Shown here: piece by piece, positions 36,263 through 47,229 of the stretch
How the letters are laid out: every line of letters starts with the position of its first letter
Numbering within the stretch: the first letter of the stretch is position 1
From: Macrostomum lignano
Lineage: Eukaryota
Assembly: GCA_002269645.1 (NCBI GenBank)
Contig: NIVC01000769.1
Coordinates: 248,882 to 312,881 of the forward strand
Length of the DNA stretch: 64,000 nt
Direction: 5' to 3'
Program-made: the position numbers and the translations under genes
The notes under the pieces: generated by a model
The model's database searches: none
Told to the model about the DNA's origin: nothing
Seen by the model: only the letters and a program-made list of their open reading frames with translations

Positions 36263-37117
36263 ATACCTATCATAGACCCAGCTCGCCGCACTGCCGCTCC
36301 GCAGGTGTGCCCGCTGTCAGCCAGGGGGCTCCGTCGTGCCGCTCTGCCTCTTCGCCTCTGTTTTCAACGCGAGCGGAAACTCGGTGGCGGGTATTGAGCT
36401 ATAAACCTATTTATAAGATTTACAAGTATTTTTTATACTATTTTTTGATTGTTTGACGGCAAACAGTTTTGTTTAAAATACCTCAATTTTCGTGAATTTA
36501 ACTTTTCAACTTTTTTACCCGCAATCATTTTGATCTAACAGTTTAATTGATATAGTGAAATAATTCAATTTGATTCATTCATTCAAAGTTTTTCTGTTTT
36601 TTTGATAGATTTTTTCCTAAGTTTGATTATTTTTTGATTGCAGCATTTAAAATTAGATAAAAATTGACAAAAAATTGGTGCTTTCGTCTCGAGTTAACTT
36701 ATTTCTACGATTTACTCCTTGAGCAACTTGTCTACGACTTTTTAGATTAATATTATTCTACTCATACTGCTGATTAATACGATAGTTCATTGTTTAAACA
36801 TTTCTAGACTATGCACTGGTTTTATTGTATTAAATTAATTTTTGTCAAATACAATCCCAGTCCTTGGCAAAACTTGTTTCTATTCAACTTCTCCATGGTG
36901 ACAAAATGTTTGTTTTGCATTAGTTGATTACTTAAAGTAGTAAGTATTGAGGCTTTATGTGGTGATTGACCTAAAAAGCCGGGCCGTTTAGGGACTGCAT
37001 AGCTCTGTTTCCATTAGCACAGAAAACTTCCCCGAACTTATTTGATTGCTTCTAGAGGATATGCCTCGCAGTGGAATAATACTAATGTGCTTTTCTCAGC
37101 CATTGCTTCAGAATTAG

Positions 37118-37330
37118 CACTTGATTGCACCATAGTTGGGACTTGATTGCACCATAGTTGGGACTTGATTGCACCATAGTTGGGACTTAACTGCACCATA
37201 ATTGGGACTTGATTGCGCCATAGTTGGGACTTAACTGCACCATAATTGGGACTTGATTGCATCAGAGTTGAGATTTGATTGCATCAGAGTTGGGATTTGA
37301 TTGCATCAGAGTTGGGACTTGATTGCACCA
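37118..37330. repeat. 22-bp minisatellite (GCACCATAGTTGGGACTTGATT)
   Basis: About 9 copies ending ~20 bp before the KDM8 acceptor. Confidence 0.92.
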
Positions 37331-37351
37331 GTCTATATAATCCCTTCGCAG

Positions 37352-39122
37352 CCGGACGAGCTGCTGGCTGACTTCCTGTCCGGTTGCGTGGATTTCCCGC
37401 CGGCTGACGCGGACGTGGCTCCGCTGGTGCTGTACGAATTCGGCCGCCTAATGGACCGATTCGCCTCGACGGAACTTCGGCCGGATGAAGCGGAGAATCT
37501 GGCCGCCGATTGCCGCTCTATGCAGGAGCTGGCCTGGCACCGGCTGCATACCGGCCACTGGAAGGACGTGCCGGTGTTCTGGCGCCGGCTCTACGCCCGC
37601 CTGGCTTTCATTGTCGTCTGGCTTGGCCAGCAGCAGCGCCAAGCTGCCGACAGTCAGGTCGGTGACGAGCGCCTGCACGAACTACTGGCCGTCTGCGACC
37701 GCGGCCTGCTGCTCGGACACCCGCTGGCCCAGCTGGCCGGCCTGGCCGATCGGCTGCACGCACGGCTCCCCGCTGTGCCTGCCTGCCCGCCCTGCCGCTG
37801 CTGTCCGCTGGCTGAAGCCACTCGCGACTGGCCCGCTGCGTCCGCCGGGCCGGCCCGCGGTCGCACGGTCGTCCGGCTGACTCGGCCGTCCTTAGAAGAG
37901 TTCGGCCGCCTTAAAGAGCCAGTCATTGTATGCGGCGTCATGGACCACTGGCCGGCTATGCAGCGCTGGGACTGGCGGTACCTGCTGGACAGATGGGGCC
38001 ACCGAACTGTGCCTGTGAGATAGCACACGATTTACGATAGCAAATTCTTAGTAACACATTCCTAATAGCATATTCCCAATAACACATTCCCAGTAACACA
38101 TTCCCAATAACACATTTCCAAAAGAAAATTCCCGATGGCACATTCCCGATGGCACATTCCCGATAGCACATTCCCGATGGCACATTCCCGATGGCACATT
38201 CCCGATGGCACATTCCCGATGGCACATTCCCGATAGCACATTCCCGATGGCACATTCCCGATGGCACATTCTCGATGGCACATTCCCGATAGCACATTCC
38301 CGATGGCACATTCCCGATAGCACATTCCCGATGGCACATTCCCGATGGCATATTCCCGATGGCACATTCCCGGTGTCACATTCCCGATGGCACATTCTCG
38401 ATGGCACATTCTCGATGGCACATTCTTGATGGCACATTCCCGATAGCACATTCCCGATGGCACATTCCCGATGGCACATTCTCGATGGCACATTCCCGAT
38501 AGCATATCCAGATAGTAGATTCCAATTCACTCTAACCGCCTTCATCAAGATCGAGATCGGTTCCCGCTACACAGACGACGACTGGGGCCAGCAGCTGATG
38601 CCGCTCAGCGAATTTTTTAGCCGCTTCGTGGCGCCCCGATGCGCCGCTGCCGCCGACTCCGGTCCCAAGGCCTGCGAGCGGCTGCCCTGTGGCTACCTGG
38701 CGCAGCACGGCCTGCTGGACCAGCTGCCCGACCTGGCCAGCGACACGGACGTGCCCGACTACTGCTGCCTAGGCGACGGCGAGCCCGACGTCAACTGCTG
38801 GTTCGGTCCGCCGCACACCGTGTCGCCCTGTCACCAAGATCCCAAACCGAATCTGCTCTGCCAGGTGCGCGGATTCAAAGCTGTCCGCCTTTACCCGGCG
38901 GAGCAGTCGGACCGGCTCTACCCGGTTGGCGGCGGGCACCTCCTGGCCGGCACCAGCCGCATCGATGTGGAGCGGCCCGACCTGGCCGAGTTTCCCCTGT
39001 TCGACGGAGCTGACGAACTGCTGGCGCTGCTCGGGCCAGGCGAGGCGCTGTTCATCCCGGCCGGCTGGTGGCACCACGTGCGCAGCCTGTCCTGCAGCCT
39101 GAGCGTCAGCTTCTGGTTTTAA
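37352..39122 (+). CDS. KDM8: JmjC-domain hydroxylase JMJD5/KDM8; exons 37352-38014 and 38550-39122 (start codon unresolved)
   Basis: ELAWHRLHTGHWKDVPVFWRRLY, DHWPAMQRW, spliced RTVP|IEIGSRYTDDDWGQQLM, YLAQHGLLDQ, WFGPPHTVSPCHQDP (HxD) and PAGWWHHVRSL..SVSFW. Donor CCT|GTGAGA, acceptor AAG|ATC. Confidence 0.92.
38050..38505. repeat. 14-bp minisatellite (GGCACATTCCCGAT) filling the KDM8 intron
   Basis: About 30 copies occupying most of the 535-bp intron. Confidence 0.96.
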
Positions 39123-39187
39123 GTTGGACCTGCAGCTCTGGCTTGCGATAGCTTCTGACCAACCCGGCAGTTGTGTGGGTTGGATTG

Positions 39188-39350
39188 GAGTACAGTAGAG
39201 TAGAATGGAGTACAGTAGGGTAGAATGGAGTACAGTAGGGTAGATTGGAGTACAGTAGGGTAGATTGGAGTACAGTAGGGTAGATTGGAGTACAGTAGGG
39301 TAGATTGGAGTACAGTAGGGTAGATTGGAGTACAGTAGGGTAGATTATAG
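39188..39350. repeat. 20-bp minisatellite (GGAGTACAGTAGGGTAGATT)
   Basis: About 8 copies just 3' of the KDM8 stop. Confidence 0.95.
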
Positions 39351-40341
39351 TACTAGTTCGTGAACCATTTAAGTGTACGATTTGGCATTTTCTGTGCTTT
39401 CTTTAGGTTTCCTTACTTTTCTAATCCATGTCTAATAAGTTTGAGAATAATTCAGACTGATTTAGAAACCGTTGGGTTGAGTCGCAATGAAAATGATGAT
39501 CACTGCTTGCTAATAATGCTTTAAGCTTAATTTTTTGCCTGTAAAACCGGATGTTTGGCTGGGTGTTTAAATGTAAGTTAACCAACAAGTACGAGTAAAT
39601 TCTGAGCTTACTGACTGTAGCAGTGAAAATTAATGTACATGTACAAGAATATGTTTGGTTTGCCATGATGTAAAACACTGCTTTTTATATTGTATCTATT
39701 GCTAATAGTAAAATGTTATTATGTAAGTCCGAAACCTTCTGGCTTAGCGTGATAATTATGGGCATTTAGAGCCGGGCCCGTAAAAAAGTGGATTGCTTAG
39801 CAACTTTATCAGTCATTGTTGAACTTCCTCTGAAGCTTGAGTACATAACACTCGAGAAATCCAAAAGGATTATTTTCGAAAGAATCACTAATCCACAGCA
39901 ATACGCAGTAAGTCTTAGATGATGAAAGAAATACGGCGACCATGTAGATGTCCATGAAGATGTGTAAGTTCCAAGCCTGCCGGACCAATTTCCAGGCTGC
40001 TCTGTCTGTCAGAACTTCCAGCGCTTCATTGCTCGAGGAAGTTGAAAGCTACGCTCGTAATTGCTTGATTGCTTTAAGTGGTTAACAGAAACTTCTAAGT
40101 TTGCGTACTCAATTTTTGGAAACCAACTAGAGACTGGATCAGTTGCATCCACTGGAATCCACCGTGGTGACTCACTTGTACTGAGCGCCTTCCAGAGAGT
40201 CTAATGAATTCGGTAAAAATACTGTCGTAAATTTGCTGCCATACTCAAATGACAACCTACCAGACCACTAGGTTGCAAGGCTTTGATAAGCGTGAATCCA
40301 TTGTGTGCTCGGTTGCACAGCGCAATGCTAGCACTGTTATC

Positions 40342-40633
40342 CAGGGGCGTCGCCATGGATTTTATGGTGGGGGGGGCCAAAGCCAAGAATTTTGCATGTA
40401 CGTGTAAATTACCAAATTCCTGCATGTACATTATTTTGAGAATCGGTGTTGTCAGCATTTATTTTGGCGCCGCAGACACTCATTTTAGCGCAGCAGGCAC
40501 TCGTTTTGGTGCCACATGTGCTATATTTTTGCACCCTGAAAAAAATTATTGATTTTCACAAGGGGTCACAAGGCTGCCATAGCTTTTACTGGGGGGGGGG
40601 GACATGTCCCCCCAGTACGTGGCGACGCCCCTG
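40342..40633. mobile_element. Non-autonomous hAT-superfamily MITE, 292 bp
   Basis: Perfect 14-bp TIRs (CAGGGGCGTCGCCA / TGGCGACGCCCCTG) flanked by an identical 8-bp TSD CTGTTATC (40334-40341, 40634-40641); no coding capacity. Confidence 0.93.
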
Positions 40634-41573
40634 CTGTTATCGATGACGACATCCAACCGACTACTTGGATAAAATCAGTCGGAGAAAGCTCACTTTATTA
40701 ACACATCTATTTTGCTTGATCGCGGCAAAGGCGCATCGGTTATAACACTCATTGTACACTCATTGCCGATCCAATGGAAGGATCGGACAGCGAAAGCGCC
40801 GCTCTGGTAAATCACTTCCAATTCGGGAGCGATTTCTATTGTCTATGGTCGAACCCCGTTTCTCAAGACTGATGCTCATGGTGTGTTGTGATCACGAAAA
40901 AACTGGCTTAATAGTTTGACGTTGGTGTGAGCGAACCTCAAGGCTGAAGGTGATTTTACTTTCTATCAGTCAGAAAGCTGATCGGTTTTCCCTGAAACAA
41001 TCTTAATGTTCAGGGCTAACAAAACATTGACACAGCCTCGAAAAATGCGCGAGATTTTTTTGCTGAGAGTCAATATTTAGTAACAAAACTGTTTCTCTAC
41101 ACTTAATTGCATCCCAGCAGGATTGGAAAATCTAAGCGCATGGTGTCACGGATTGCAAATATTACAATTTTAATAACCTCGCGCGTCAGAAGAGGAGGAG
41201 TTTTGTTGAGTTGGAGTGCGACCTGCAGCAACAGGACTTCTTAAGTAAAAGAGTGCAACGTCCTACCTACTAGCTAGTGGTCCCTGACTTGCAGGCGGAA
41301 ATTATCGTTCAGAGTTTATGGAAAGTGGGCGCTCAGCAAACAAAAGTTTTCGTGCCGCGTGGGTGCGGAAGCAGTCCCGAATTTTCATTTCCTGCGTCAG
41401 TCCACCACCTAGAAGAAGATGGGCCAAGAATTCCAGCCTGCCAAATATCCTGTTCAACAATCTCTTTAGAAACTATATATACAGGTGCGTTTCTGATCGG
41501 AATTGTCTTGCATTGTCCATTCTGAGCGACTTCTGATCCCAGACTCCGGTTCTACGCAAGCAATTCGACGGCG

Positions 41574-43405
41574 ATGGCTTTTGTGTTCGGTAAGTATAAA
41601 CTGGCTGATAGACTGAACCACCTCCTCTTCATCTGCCCTAACAGCGCTCAAACCGAAACTTGTCCGCAGCTCTCATTTGGGCTTTGGTTGCCACGTCAAC
41701 CATGGCCAGCGGCGAGCTGGTGACCCTGACGGCCGAGCAGAAACAGGCCATTCTGGACGCGCACAACGTGCTGAGGGCCCGGACTGCGATGGGTCTCGTC
41801 GGGAACCAGCCGAAGGCTGCCAACATGCCAGCTCTGGTGAGTGCCGCTTCCCTCCCTCGCTAGGCTGTTCTCCTCGGGGCAGCGCAGCTCAGCGGTAAAC
41901 GCGTCTGAAACTTGGCGTCACGAACTCTGGTTCAATGCCGTGCAAGCTGGGGCTTGTCCACTAAAATTGGAGGGGGGGTTATCGTGCGGTTTGCACCAAT
42001 CAGGGCCAACCTTTAAGGCTCAGAGTGTACATGCCTGACTATTTGCAAGTCCGAGGACGCTGTGCACCCTGGGTGAGCGTGTGTAAGAGTGCGTGCCTGC
42101 CCACAGTATTGACGCGCTTAGCCTAGCGGTGTGACAGAATTGTCCAGAAGCCCTCCCGCAAATATTATTATTATCTAGCTATTCCTCTGCTATCATTACC
42201 AGCCCTGGTGGGTGCAACCAGCTGCTATCGCTAATCACCTTCCTTTCTCCTTCGCAGGAGTGGGACGACCGCCTGATGGACAGCGCCAACAACTGGGTGA
42301 AGCAGTGCGTGGCCGGACATGACAGCGGATCCGACCAAGCCCTGACCGGATATAGCTGGGTTGGCCAGAACTGGGCCGGCGGATACAGCGGCAACTTCAG
42401 CTAGTGCGTCTTGTGCAATATTGCAAGAATACGTTGTCAGATTATGATTTCCAGAATTGAGCACTTGTATGCTAACTCACTTTGCTCACCGTTACAGCTA
42501 CGTTGACTTGTGGTTCCGCGAGTACAAGGATTACACCTTCGCTACTAAGTCTTGCTCGGCAGTGTGCGGCCATTACACCCAGGTCGTGTGGGCCAAGACC
42601 ACATTGGTTGGCTGCGGCGTCTCCAGGTGCAGCAACTACCCGTACACCATTGTGTGCAACTACGCCACAGGCGGCAACTACAATGGTGAATATCCATACG
42701 TGAGCGGCGACGATGCCAGCCAGTGCAACGGCGAATACGTGTTCAAGCAGCGCGGCCTCTGCATGCGCAAGGACCAGTGCAACTCCGGCGACTGCACCTG
42801 CAGCATCTCGAGCTGCTTGAACGGCGGCGTTTTGGACTCCGCCAACTGCAAGTGCACCTGCCCGGACGGCTTCTACGGAAACAAATGCGAGAGTGAGTTG
42901 CCGTAGAATCTAGGAGCTAAGCCTCTGGGGGAACGGAGTGGCTCGGCTGATGTGCCAAAGGTTCGATGCTCAGCCGTTGGCTTGTGCATAAGCTGTGTGT
43001 ACATGCCTGACCATGTGAACGTCAGGGCCGCTGTATACTCTGTGTGAGTGCGTGCCTGCGTACGTATGCGCGTGCTCAGGGCATGATTGCCTGCTTCCTC
43101 GCTGGCTGCGGCTCCACTGTCGTCTTGATCTGCGGCAGCGTCTAAAACTATGGCCCTTACTAAAAAACTTATTGAGCTCATGGTGAAATGACTGACAACC
43201 CCCAACCCTGTCCTGCCCCCGCAACTTTGCAGAGCCGTGCGTCGACTCCACCCTTGCTAGCGACTACTGCAGCTACAGCACCATCTGCAGCTACAGCAGC
43301 TACGCGCCCAGGTGCCCCAAGAAGTGCAACCTGTGCAAGCCGGTCACGCTGCGCGATCTCAACGTGGTGAACAGGGACAACGTGAAGAGCCGATCGCCCA
43401 TGTGA
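41574..43405 (+). CDS. Secreted CAP (SCP/TAPS, VAL/CRISP-like) protein with EGF-like and ShKT domains, 298 aa; exons 41574-41589, 41670-41836, 42258-42403, 42498-42892, 43233-43405
   Basis: Signal peptide MAFVFALIWALVATSTMASG; ILDAHNVLRA; NMPALEWDDRL; GQNWA; CGHYTQVVWAKT; VGCG..C....IVCNYATGGN; EGF CLNGGVLDSANCKCTCPDGFYGNKCE; ShKT C..CSY...C..CPKKCNLC. All four introns are GT-AG and in phase (897 nt). Confidence 0.93.
41876..42176 (+). mobile_element. tRNA-headed SINE, family A (in CAP intron 2)
   Basis: GGGGCAGCGCAGCTCAGCGGTAAACGCG (A box), GGTTCAATGCC (B box), body shared with 3505-3878, ends in an (ATT)n tail. Confidence 0.8.
42913..43075 (+). mobile_element. Degenerate SINE family A copy (in CAP intron 4)
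   Basis: GGTTCGATGC B box followed by GTGTACATGCCTGACC..GTCAGGGCCGCTGTATACTCTGTGTGAGTGCGTG. Confidence 0.6.
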
Positions 43406-43504
43406 ACGGACACCAAACTGCCGGATTGAACTCTCTCAATGCTAGCCTTCCAATACTGGTGGTGGTGTAGAATTCTGAGTTGGCGATGCTGACTGGTTGG
43501 TTGA

Positions 43505-43510
43505 AATAAA
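43505..43510 (+). terminator. Canonical polyadenylation signal of the CAP gene
   Basis: AATAAA 100 bp after the stop codon, followed by T-rich sequence. Confidence 0.55.
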
Positions 43511-45571
43511 TCTGCTTTGAGTCTAAGTCTGCCTAAACTCTAAATACTTCCTATTTGTTTTGGTTATTTTAGCCAGCATAAAATTCAATACTCCAAGCTT
43601 TAAGAACTCGGGATAGAAGTACCGAAAAAAGAGATTTCAATAGATTTCTCTTCTTGCTAGCATACAAGTCAGCAATGTGAGACTAAATGATTGTTAGAAA
43701 CTACAATCACATGATACATACGGACAACTTCTTTCTTGTATTGCGGATTGTGGGGTTGAAAATGTTGATGCCAAATTAGTCTGAAAATTGACCTGGCAGC
43801 AGTGCAGTGAGCACACAACGATGTTTTCTCTCTTTACGCCTGTTCATCTCCCTCAGCTGCAGTGGGTGATAATAGGGAAATGCGGGTCTTTGTGAACTCA
43901 TGTGGGCTGAGATTTTCAATGACGCCACAGCCTTTGCTGAACAAGCTCTGAATTGAGTGGCTGACACCCCTTTTTAGTCAGTCTTAGTGAGCCTGGCAAC
44001 CTCTACTAGCCAGCGAGGAGGCAAGCAGCCGTGCCATCCCGCTAACCCCTGCGCACACGGATCTGTGCGCACAGGGTGTACACCCGTCTGACCTCATGGT
44101 CTCATATACTGATTCAATGACCAAACCGAGGGCGAGTCAGTCTGGCAATGCTGAGCGTAGCTAAACGAGAACACGTGGTGTCTCAAAAGCTGACAGATCG
44201 TTGAGTGGTAAAGATAAGAACGTGAGCCTGATGCCTGACACGAAGCGAAACATGTCGCTTACCAAAAAGTGATAGCGCTCAAATTCTTATTTTCACTATT
44301 CATCAAGGGCGCAACTTTACCGCAATATTGCTTTGAAATGGTAAAGAGCATTCTAGCCTCACTGTTGTGTAGTGCGTCTATCAGGTTCTGCGGACACACC
44401 TTCCGCCAATCTGGCACAGAACTAGATTGCCTGTTGAGGCTCTTATCACCGCTAAGAAGCTTGAAAAGCCTTCAGTTCTACGTGTGAACAGCCAAGGAGA
44501 TCTTGAATTAGAATCTGGAGTGACAACTTTTCCTCATTATCCGACAAATAGAGGCAAATTTTGGCATTTTCTTGTAGAAACGCGAGGAGTTGCTACTCTA
44601 GATTCTTGTTGACGGCCTCCTCGGACCAGCTGGAATGAGTCAGGCCGGCCGTGGGCCTCACAGATAAGGAAGACCAGATTACGCCGCTTCTCTGGCTGTT
44701 ATGCCCCCCGCTGCAGCCAATATAAGCGGTGCAGCGAGCGGAGTTCACAATAGCGCACCCGACCAGTGTTTCAGTTTCTCAGCATTTCCGCGGCGCTGCC
44801 CAACCGATTTAAAGCGACCAAGGCAAGCTTATAAAGCAGTTGTTTTCACTAGCTTCAAACAGGTACGAGGCGAGTTGATTGATTCTCTGAATGAGGTCAT
44901 GAGTGAGTTAATCAGTGAGTTCATGAGTTCATGGGTGAGCTCGTGAGTTCAAATAATGAGCCAAGGTGTGTTCGATGTAATTAGTAGGAGGAGAGCAAAT
45001 CGTGGCTAAGAATTTTGAAAGATGAATACGTAAAACTAATCACGTCCAAGTCTCTCCTATATTTTAAGTAGATGGGAGAACAGATATATATCCTCATTTT
45101 ATTTACTTCGCTCCCATTGGCTGTGACAATAGGCGGAATAGCATCCATTTAAACCTAGGGCTCACGCCAAGGACTACCAATTAATGGTCCTCGAAGGGGA
45201 TATTCAAAAGTCAACTCTAATAACACAGTCAGTTGAGTACATTGGGATGTACACCAAAGACATTCAGAATCAATGTAGGAGCTTACACACCATTCTTGCC
45301 TGCAACCGTCTTGTGCGCAACTCTAGCTTTGAAGAGCTCGCCTCCACATGCAGCCACGTTAATTTTGCCGAGAGGTGCAGCCTATGTGAGTGCCGTGAGC
45401 GTGTGTACTCAGGGGTCAGCGGATCGGGCATGACTGCTCGCCTCCTCTTTGGCTGCTGGATGACTGCCGTTTTGATTTTCAGCAGCACCCAATGCTCCCT
45501 GCAAACCTGGGCTAACTAGCTAGACTCTGCCTTTATTAGAACTCCTCATTCACCCCTCAGATCCCGTCGCT

Positions 45572-46711
45572 ATGGCAGCCCCGTGCACGGTTACCATGGA
45601 GATGATCACTGAAGCGACCGACTTTGTGCGCGCCCGCTACTCGGAGCAGCCGGAGATCGGGATCGTCTGCGGCTCTGGCCTGGGTGAACTGGCCGACAGT
45701 GTCGAGGAGCCGGCTGTGCGCATCCGCTATGGCGACATCCCGCATTTCGCGCAGAGCACGGTGCACGGCCACTCCGGCGTGCTGGTGCTCGGCCGGCTGG
45801 CCGGCAGGCGGGTCTGCGTCATGCAGGGCCGGCTTCATCCCTACGAGGGCCTCACCTACCTGCAGTGCTCCTTCCCGATGCGGGTGATGGCCAAGCTGGG
45901 CGTGTCGGTGGTCATCTTGACCAACGCGGCCGGCTCACTGCGGCCTGAGTTCCAGCCAGGCGACATCATGACCATCCGGGATCACATTAATTTTCCCGGC
46001 TTCTCCGGACGCAGCCCGTTGCAGGGCCTCAGCCCGGAGGTGTTCGGCGACCGATTTGTGCCGATGAATAATGCGTACGATAAGAAGCTGCGGGACAAGG
46101 TGAGAGGACTGCGACCCTACGGTGATTTTTTGGGAGCCCACTTTACCGTAGCATGTTCACAGAATTCAACTGAAGGAAAGTGTTCTCAACATCGGATCCT
46201 AACGTTTGAAGGTCAAATACTATTCACGGATAAATATGTCGCTATTATTCGTAACTTACTTAGTCGCTGTCTCTGTCTTGAGCTCTGAATCTACTACCGA
46301 TGTGGGAATGACCATAAACAACTCCATGTCAAGCATCAATTGACTGACACGGCCGCCGTGCACCGTCCCGCTTTCCCGCAGGTGGCAGCCGCAGCCGCAG
46401 CCAGCGGAGTGTCGCTCCGCACCGGCGTCTACGCTATGCTGGGCGGGCCGCACTTCGAGACTCCGGCCGAGTGCCGAATGCTGCGCAGTCTGGGCGCGGA
46501 CGTGGTCGGCATGAGCACCGTGCACGAGACCATCGTGGCCAGGCAGTGCAAAGTCCGCGTCATCGGCTTCTCCATCATCACCAACGTGGTGGTTACCGAC
46601 TCGGACTCGGAGCTTGACCAGACCGGCGTGCACCTGGAGGTGCTCAAGGCCAGCAAGCTGGCCGCCAATCGGCTGCAGTCCATCATCGCCCACACCATCG
46701 ACCAGTTGTAG
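45572..46711 (+). CDS. PNP: Purine nucleoside phosphorylase (trimeric, family 2), 285 aa; exons 45572-46099, 46382-46711
   Basis: GIVCGSGLG, VHGHSGVLVLG, MQGRLHPYEG, LTNAAGSL, GPHFETPAE, GADVVGMSTVHE, FSIITN (catalytic E, M, N present). Phase-0 GT-AG intron. Confidence 0.96.
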
Positions 46712-47096
46712 CCAATGCTGTTCAGAGTCCGTATTGTGGGTCAAACTGCGAATGCCCGTACGCCACTGCATGAACTGCTGAATCCCCTTCCTTAGGATGT
46801 TGGACCCGAGAGTTTGCTAGTCAGTTTTAAATGCTCCGATTTGCGAGTTCAGTCGACTTTACTTGATAAAGTCTCCCTGGTTTTGAATAAACTATAGTAC
46901 AGCGATTTCTGCTACAAAAACCAGTAAGCTGCTGCAGTTGATAAGCAGCTCGTACTGACTAAAAAATAAGAATTGGTTTTTACCTTTTTTCTATTTTATA
47001 TTTCAATTCTAATAAGAATATGTTACAAATTTACCAACAAAGATGCCATGCGGAATTGATAAAGAATACACATTTTCTTCTCTTGTAGCTCTTCTT

Positions 47097-47229
47097 AGTT
47101 CCTCCCCTGGTGTCGCACAGCATCTCCCACCAGCTCAGTTCCTCCCCTGATGTCGCACAGCATCTCCCACCAGCTCAGTTCCTCCCCTGATGTCGCACAG
47201 CATCTCCCACCAGCTCAGTTCCTCCCCTC
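47097..47229. repeat. Three 40-bp tandem repeats directly abutting the RYK stop codon (3'UTR)
   Basis: AGTTCCTCCCCTGATGTCGCACAGCATCTCCCACCAGCTC x3. Confidence 0.9.

Noticed and set aside
34107-36456. Numerous overlapping 100-360 aa ORFs
   Set aside because: Translation artefacts of the 23/24-bp satellite; mixed unit lengths continually shift frame.
46100-46288. Read-through C-terminus of the 238-aa PNP ORF
   Set aside because: This is intron sequence; splicing at AAG|GTGAGA to 46382 restores the conserved PNP C-terminal half.
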